The notes beneath the pieces are model-generated. The model was not told the origin of the DNA. It searched no databases and saw only the letters and a list, made by a program, of their open reading frames with translations. A stretch of 64,000 nucleotides of DNA from Chrysomallon squamiferum. Lineage: Eukaryota; Animalia; Mollusca. Position numbers and translations under genes: made by a program. The stretch lies in assembly GCA_012295275.1 (NCBI GenBank), contig CM022671.1, positions 11,532,001 through 11,596,000 on the forward strand, given 5' to 3'. This document shows positions 55,291-64,000 of this stretch, piece after piece (position 1 is the first letter of the stretch; each line of letters starts with the position of its first letter).

Positions 55291-57454
55291 AGTGTATATC
55301 AGGTTGCATGTCTGATTTTCAAAATAAGAATTGTCATTTATTATGTGTTTGATAACTGATACTTGCTGCTTAGCTGTTGGGTAATATCAGACAGGTCTTT
55401 CTCCTTTGGGTATTCTGTTATACTGTTGTAGGGCATCATGACCTGTGTTTATAGTGATCCTAAATAAACGTCTGTGTGCAAATTAATACAAAGGTGTTCT
55501 TATTGATCCTGGACGCAACAAATGATTTGCTATGCAGACAGATATTGATTTATCATTTAACAAAGAATAAATTAATATTCTGCAGCTGTCTCGTGGTAAA
55601 ATGTTCTGAAATAAAAAGATTATTTTTCATTCTTTTTTCATATTATTTTTCTTTTTTAATTACTTTTTTTTGTTGTTATTTTTGAAGATTTTTTTTCTTT
55701 TCAAGCATTCATTTTCATTTATTTTAAAGTCCTTATCATTATCTGTTTCATTACATTTACAAAATCATAAACACATTTTGAAAAAGTCATTTTTGTTTTA
55801 ACCATTTTCTAAACAGCAGATTTGTAAATGTATTACTTCTCTGTGTGGTGCCATTAATAGTTTCAGTTCATTTAATTTTGCATAAACAGTTAATGGTATG
55901 ATCTGTTTCAAATGTATGTTTATCTAGTTGTTTGTGTACTGACTGAAAAGTAGGTAATTTATTCTTTAAAACTTAGCTGTTTCTGTTTGTGAAATTTTAT
56001 GGGATGTGCTGTTTGTCACTGGTTAGACCTGTAATCACAGGTTTTTTTCATTCCACCATATCGGATTGAAAAAGAAAAAGCAAAAACATGGTATGCCTTT
56101 CCTGGCTGGTAAAAAAAATGTATAAGATTATTTGCTATGAAAACAGATTTCTTGTTTATTATAATTATAAAAATAATTTTTGTATTTATATTAACATATA
56201 TTACAGTGATAACAACACATATTCTTTCTTTCTTAAATCTCTATTGTTATTTTTAAATATCTTTTTTCCTTTTTACTCTTTGGTACCATCCATGTAATTT
56301 TACAGTTGTCTTGGCAACCTGTTGTTTATTTGCTTTTGTTTTGAGCAGTTGTTGAAACTTCACTGACATTCCAGTCATGGTTGCAAAGATATTGCAGTCA
56401 AGAATTCCTTACCCTGGGAGTTTTTGATCTCACTGAGGTATTTTTAGTGAGGCCTGTCATCCTGTTATCTAATCTCACTGATTTCTAATTGGTCTGAAAA
56501 CAGCAAATGATTCTTACCTGTTTAAAACTAACTGACCAGATCAGTAGATGTAACAAAATTGAGCTCAGCACTTCTGGAGATAATAATCTGCTGCAGCTAA
56601 TGATATTTGTTTAAGTTCTGAAAGTTAACACTGCTGCAGAAACTGATGGCAGATGGTTTTGTAATAGAATAATTCAGGCTTAAAGAGGATTTGTAAAAAA
56701 TAAATGTGCTTTCATCTTTGGCTGTTATCCAGAACTCCATTAAGACAGTGGGTCAATAGGTTAGGAAGATGTCTTTTTTTTTTTTTTATTCTTCATGATT
56801 TATTCCATGCTATTTTTAAAAATTAATTTATTATAATTTTTTTGTTTTTAATTTTAATTTTAAAACTATTAATTAAATGATTTATAGTTACCATAATAAC
56901 AATACCATGTCATTATAGAAACTTATATAAACTGAAGATATATGTAAATGATGTAATTTAAATCATTTTTAAATTCTTTTATTTTCTTCTGCTATATTTA
57001 CAAAATGTGGTATTCATACTGATATATAATCATTTAATAAAACACTATTCAGAACAAAAATATATGTTGTACAATCCACAGAGCTGGTGTATTATATGAT
57101 ATTGGTGTGAATATAATATGTACTGTAACATTCTGTAACATGCTTTGGATTCTTTTGTGTGCACAGCTTTGCAGATATTGTAAGCAGATGTGTTTTTAAC
57201 AATCAGACTCTCTCAGGTAATAATAGTTATTTTAATCTGAAACAGATTTGGCATTTCACTGAGTTGTCTTCTATTGTTGCAGAATAACAGAACAAGTTTA
57301 AAAAGGAGATGTGTTTTAACAGGTTTAGTTCATTCGATTTTTTATTCAGCTTGTGGTTAGAAGCTCTGCTTCTTGGAATTGGTGGTACATTTTCATAATA
57401 TATTGGAGAAACTGTTGAAAGGTATAACCAGGTTTGGTTGGATTTTCCTTTTTC

Positions 57455-57485
<31 letters not shown>

Positions 57486-60400
57486 GTTGATCATTGAATA
57501 CTCCTAACTGGCTTACATATTTTATTTTATTTGTCTGATTGTATGTCTTTACAATGGATTGTTCATCTAAAATTAGTTAAGGGGTTAAAAAAAAGTTTGA
57601 ATAAAATTAACTTTTCAAAATTAACCCCAGTAATTGTTAAAATGTTTGTAACAAGAACAACAAAATTAATATTATGAAATGGAAAAATGTTCTATGCAGT
57701 TTTCTCATAATATGGTTCCTTCTCTGAATTACTTATATATTTTGTTAAATATACTAAAAGTAATTCTAGGTGAAACAAATATTGATTGCAATAGCAATTT
57801 TTTATTTATCACTTTATTTAAAAAAAAAAATTAACTTTGTGTTTGTTACTGGCTCTTCAAAAGAACTATGTGGAATGAGTTATAATGGTTCAAGGCCTGA
57901 TGGACTTTTCCTCCTGCTCATGGATGATCTGAGAGTGCCATTTCTGTGTTGGACATTGTTCTTCAAATTAGCCCCAGGCTCTTTCACCTGTCAGCATGGA
58001 GTCATGTCACAGGTCATGTTAGGTTGTTCTCTGGAGGTGACTTGTGGATGTTCTTTTACATGTTACAGCTGGGCTGGAACTAACTGGCAGCTCTGTTTGA
58101 AGGACACAGATCCTAATTGAATCAGATAGCTAAATACAGAGGCCTGGTCACACTGAATTACAGATGAAACTATATGCCATGTTCATTTCTTTTCTGTTTA
58201 ATCACCACCCAGACAGAAAATATATGTTATTTGGTATTTAGTAGAAGAGGATTTAGATTGTATTAATTTTGAAAGAACTGCTTTTAAAATCTAATTAATT
58301 ACATCCATAATCAACTTAATCATTTGAAACATTTTTTACTAATTTACTACTGCTGCAGCTATTACTTTTTACTAAATTCATGAAGTAAACTAAAATGGCC
58401 TCTAGCCTTTATTGTAAAGGTTTGTGGTCAATATGATGAATCACTGAAACCATGCATTTATTATTTAAGGTAGAAATCACATTCACTAATTGTTTCCATG
58501 ATGTATTTTATTAGCCTAGTAATGCCTCAATACATTTTAAAAATGGGCTTTTTGAAGATTTGTGCAAATTTCCTATAACATTGTCTCATTATTGATGTTT
58601 TTATAATTCACTCATTAAATGTTTTAATATCTGAGCTTTGTCTAATGAAATATTTAACTTGGAGAATTAAATTGTAATGATTTTTGTTGTAGCTCTTTTT
58701 AATAACATGTACAAGTTTGTTGTAACATGTAAATTGTTCCATTGATTTGCACAGAAATTGAATGAGAGGACAAATTGGGCATGGGACCCACACTATGACA
58801 TAGCATATGGCTTAATTTGGAACCCTGTTGTTTTATGAAGCATTTATGGGCAGGTCACACGCAGTCCATTCAGAGCAGCCTTTGTCTGTAAATCATTAGA
58901 TGTGGTGCCATCAAAGAGTATTCAGCATTTGAAATTAACACAGTGTGCATGATCATCAATAAAACAAAACCAATATATTTCTGATAAAACATTTTACGTG
59001 ATCCTTCCTTGTAGAAATTGGCATTTTTGTATGGTTTTCATTACTTCAGCAACTGATATAACAGAATATTGGGACAGTTTTGAATTACTGCTTCTTTGTC
59101 ACCTGGGATTTGTGACATCCCAGAAGATTACATGGAATACGAATAGTCTGACAAAGAACTAGTAAGCAGGTGATTAGCAGGACAGGAATTCTGAAACAAA
59201 GTTTTACAATGAACGTATACGAGCCAGTATATTGTTCTTTGTCAAATTTAACCACTAATTATTTTAAAGAACAACCCTGATGATACAAAGGATATATATT
59301 CTGAAACAAAAATGAATGATGTATGTTTATGAGGTAACCATATTTATTATTTTTGATAATTAATTGTAGCTATTATCATTGTAAACATAGTTGGTTATTA
59401 AACAAGATATTCAGTAACAAAGATTTTTACAGTATGTATTTACTATATAACAAACACACATCTCAAGAAACTATTTTATTACAATAGGTAGGAAAGTAAA
59501 TAATTCTGGAGAATTAAAATATGTTACATGTTTTTACTACGAATGACACGAATTAATCATACACATCTATCACCTGTTTCTGTAAACAGAAACTTGGATA
59601 ACTATCTGTTTTTGACATGTTAAGATATTTATATAGTAAATGTGTATTTTAGAATAATAGAAAAATAAATATTACATAAAACTTGTTAAGAAACAACAAA
59701 TTTATAATAAACTGTTAAATTTACAACCTTAATTTTGATTAATAATATTATAATTTGTTTTTAATTTATTACCAAGTACTTACATTGGGTTGTTGGTATT
59801 TGTTGTTTAATCATGTAGACAAAGAATAAATTGGTTAATATTGATATGTCTGGCCTTAATACAGAAATGCAATGGAGCAGTTAACTTTATGTCATTTGTA
59901 TTGAATAAATTCCTAATATATATCCAAAGTAAGTTCAGGTTTCTATAGGTCAGTCAAGATTAGCCCAAACACAGCACATAAATCAGATTTCTTCGTCTGG
60001 CCTGTAATACAGGTTTATGAAAGTAAGCCAGAGACTTGGACAAAGCCATCACGTTATGTTGCATGTAGATGTAACAGAATTAAATGAAATGTAGTTTAGT
60101 ACCTAAATAAAATTAGAATTGTATGCACATACTTGCACTCATCTGACCCATCCATCTGTCCAGTCATAATAAAATGTAAATGACAGGCATCTTTATCCCA
60201 TTAGTGTTTTTTTTACAAATGCTCACTGGTATTTAAAATGTTATAAATAAAGGCATCTTTGATTTCTGCAAAATAGAAATTGTCAGTGTGATGATTAATA
60301 ATCAGAATGTTCTGGATTTGAATGCTTTCCATCTTGTAACATCTCCAGAGAACAGCTATTTAATTGTTGGTATTAAATATCACATCCACAGTGACATGGG

Positions 60401-63342
60401 GGAAAAAAGAGAAAAAAAGTAGCCAGTTACACCATTTTCTTTAATTACATGCAGTATCATTTTCATTTCTAAATAAAGACGATAAATATTAATAGAAATA
60501 AAATGGGGGTGGGATTTTAACATTTTCTCACCAGCTAAAACAAATTTTCCTAATAATGTCAGGATAAATTGTAGAAAAAAAAAAAAAAAAATAATAAAGG
60601 AACAAAAAAAGAAGAAGAAGAAAAAAAAAAGAAGAAGAAGAAAAAAAAATTGTGACTCTGTCACGAGCTAATGCATGTTCCTACACATTTTCTTTAATGG
60701 TGTCAAACCCCTAAGGAACAGCTAACACATAACCAACAAGCGATGAAAAATAATGTGACCCTTGTACAAACTGTATGATTACCATCACTTATGAAACATC
60801 TGCTGTGGTTTGATTCTGTTGCCTGGCTTGGGGAAATGGGGTCTGATGTTAGGGAAACACTTCTTTCTGTGTTCAGAGATACATTGATTTACATTGTCCA
60901 TTGAATCAGCCTGCTCCAGAACTGCTCTTGTTGTAGTTGTTGTTAAAAGGAAATTATGGCAAAACATCTAGCACCAGGGCAGCAATAGTTTCCTCCCATC
61001 ACAGGATACACTAATAAAATGTCTCTGCAGCATTTGATCAAAGGGATATCATTAACACATGCAAGAATTTGTATGCTGTAAGAGATTTGTGCCAAGCATT
61101 TTGAACATCTACTGGGAGATGCAGGAAGAAGGTCAAGCCAAGAAAGTATTTGATAGCTTATAGTTGTATAAAGAGGTAATGAAATAAAAGGAATTGCAAG
61201 GTAATTGTTTGGTGGGTTATTGTTAGATTGTGTTAGTTCAGTTTTTAAAATTTTGATGTGTAGAGCTTCATAAATAGGAATGCAGCAAGAAAAAACACTT
61301 AATATTTTGTTATAATAGAATAACTGTTTTATTTATAGTGTATATAATTACATAGTAAATATATTGATAATAAGTATTAATATACAAGGTATTTAGTATG
61401 TTGTTTTTCAAATTGTGGACCAGAAATAATCATTACTGAAATATAATTTGTAGAGGATGTACTATTTTTAACTGATTAAATAATTTTTAATATTTTTGTA
61501 CCTCCAATTTTATAAGCTGGTAGTAAAAAGAAAGATGTGTTTTTTATTTTGACAGTTTTTTAAAATTATATTTAAATTCACAATTTTTTTACTAAAATTT
61601 CATCAATATTTTTCTTTTGTTGCGTATTGATTATTGTCATCTTTCTGTTTTTCCCTAATTGAATTCTCACATTTCTAAAACTGCATCTTAGTATTTGAAA
61701 TCAAAATTAGAAACGATACAGTTTTAATCATATTTAGAAAAAGAAAAGCACTACTGGGTGGCAGAGATCGTGTATTTAATATATTGTTAAATGCCAGTCA
61801 TGTTATAGAGTTGTATTAGGTTTAATGTCTGACTAGCTGTGAATCATAAATAGAACTAGACACAGATCTTGTGTGTTTGGGTTTGAGAGGTGCTGCAGGT
61901 CAGAATGACCACATTTTCAGGCTTTGCTGCATGTTGTGCAGTGCAGAGAATGTGAAAAACACATCCTGCAAACAATTCCAAGAACTTAGACAAACATTCA
62001 TTGACAGCTGATACAGACTGCATGTGCATGTCTGGCCTATATGTTCATTACTCTGTCCACCTGTCTATAACTGGAACAGTACCACTCCTGTGGCTTCAGC
62101 ATCAAGTCCTTCATTTTCAACACCTGAGTCCAATCTATATTGTTTATGTTGATTCTATTTTGAATTTATTTTTCTAAGACATGTGAATGTTTATCAGTCT
62201 GTTTGGTTATTTTGTTGTTTACCACTTGTATTATAAAAAGCAGGTGAAAGGTGTTCTTCATTCCTGGTATAATTAGGTTGGTCTGTATGGCATTTGAAAC
62301 AGCAAGGGGTAAAAATTAAAACAGCTTTTGGAATTGACATTAGATTTTTGTATAAATAGTCTTGTAAAAGTAGGAAAATGTGAGATTTAAATTTGTCTTA
62401 ACCTGTGTTTGTGTTCTGCAAGAGAAGTTTTTACCCAAATTTTGTGTAAGTATAGTAGTTTAATATGACTTTTTTGTGTATGTTCTGTTCTAATTTATGT
62501 TATTTTTAATGAAAACATTCATTTTGTTGGAAATATGCATTTAAATACCTTTATATGTTTCTTAATTTATATGAATTGAGTAAATGTTGTAATGGGTATT
62601 CAAAATAGTAAGTCAATAGAAGAAAGCTGAGATATGTTCACAGCATCACATTTATAAAGATACATGCTAATAATCAGTATTACATAGGTATATACCCAGG
62701 GTTGTGTATTTACAGTAATTAATAAACATTTATTAAATAACTTTTTATATATGTATTTTGTAATCACAATGCATTAAACATACAACCATAGCTGATAAAA
62801 AGAAGACAGGAAATAAAAAATAGAACAGATATATAGACTCCGGTCGTTCAGAAACACTGTAAGTGCTGCATTGTGACTCAGCAGTTGATGTCGCTGTGTT
62901 CATCCAACTGAAACAGACCAGCAAGTTGGTTTACTGATGTTTACTCAGTGTCAGGTCATTTCCACACAGAACTGAGTTCATCCTGAACATTCACAACTCT
63001 TCCTACTTGTCTTCCTTGAGAAACAAAGAAATATTGATTTTTAAAAATAGTGTGTCACTGCCTGTGTCTGAAAGCACCTACACTGTGTAACTGTCAACAG
63101 GTCCCTGCCGCTAACTCACAGCTGTATCTAATGTTGCTAAAAGTCATTGTTACCACTACTTTCTTTAACATCAGGATATATCCTTTCACCTTTCTCACTG
63201 ATGTTTGTCAATTATTTTTGGAATGATTTTAGACAAGATTCTATGACTTTTCTCCAGCCATTTCCTGCTTTTATAAAATGTCATCCTTGAAGTAAAAAAA
63301 TTATATGAATGAAAGAAACAGTATGTTGTTTGCAACTGTACA

Positions 63343-63345
<3 letters not shown>

Positions 63346-63379
<34 letters not shown>
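63346..63379. repeat. (CA)n microsatellite
   Basis: Direct reading. Confidence 0.97.
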
Positions 63380-63381
<2 letters not shown>

Positions 63382-64000
63382 CAGTGATTTCTGGATATGG
63401 AGATTTGAGATGTAAAGTTTTTCAATTGCTTTTTGACTGATATATTGATTAAGTAGAATTAAGTTACAACTGATGTGCTACTTTCTTTATTTAGAGAAAT
63501 GTTGATACTATTTTGAATTTTCTTCACATCTATGTTTATATCATTTTCATTGTAGCTGTTAGTGATCTTTTTCTGACACTTTTTCTGTGTTTGAAATAAA
63601 CAAACATCAACATTCTTAACAGGATTTCAGTGAAATTAATTCAAAGAAATCACTCAGTGTCAAACTTGAATCTGACCTTAGATATTTGCCAAAGGCTTCT
63701 ACAAATTGACACAGGGCACAGTTATCTACACCAGGACATGTAGATTTGTTCTCAGTGCAAACACTATCTTATGTTGGTCAGGTGTTAGCAGGAGGCTATT
63801 ATTTATGATTTGATCACCTGTTTGTTCAGTGGATCAGCATGCCGTCTTTCTATTTACAAACATGTTCAGAGTTAGTAAAATCATCACAGGACATGCTTTA
63901 CCTCTTTTCTGTGCACAAAACTCTTAACGCACTCATTCATAAACACTGAGGAATTTGCATGTTTTCTGTTTCACAAATATGACATTACAGCAGATTCTTG

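Noticed and set aside
57770-58120. 116-aa ORF
   Set aside because: Non-ATG start, no splice context or homology; looks like an enhancer-type block
63178-63186. ATATCCTTT U12-type 5' splice site
   Set aside because: No upstream exon; about one such 9-mer is expected by chance in AT-rich DNA of this length

Overview
AT-rich eukaryotic (metazoan, probably gastropod/mollusc-like) genomic DNA, not prokaryotic; most ORF-track entries are spurious. 1080-12710 (+) holds the 3' part of an FGD1-4/frabin-type Cdc42 GEF gene. I reconstructed 16 GT-AG exons that join in one frame: 1902 nt, 633 aa, with DH-PH-FYVE-PH domains and a TAA stop at 12708-12710; the 5' end lies outside the window. Its probable long 3' UTR (poly(A) signal at ~17422) contains an antisense ~797-bp solo LTR with a 5-bp TSD and a split 28-bp minisatellite. 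About 17.7-33.2 kb is CpG-retaining intergenic/regulatory DNA with long GA/CT microsatellites and DNA-transposon and SINE relics. From ~32 kb onward the sequence looks like the CpG-depleted 5' region of a second, unidentified + strand gene, with non-coding or alternative first exons and very long introns, and no confidently recognisable coding exon. I found no convincing novel multi-gene system. The best leads are the LTR with an internal spliced mini-ORF, splice and duplication oddities of the FGD gene, and the multi-promoter architecture of the second locus.
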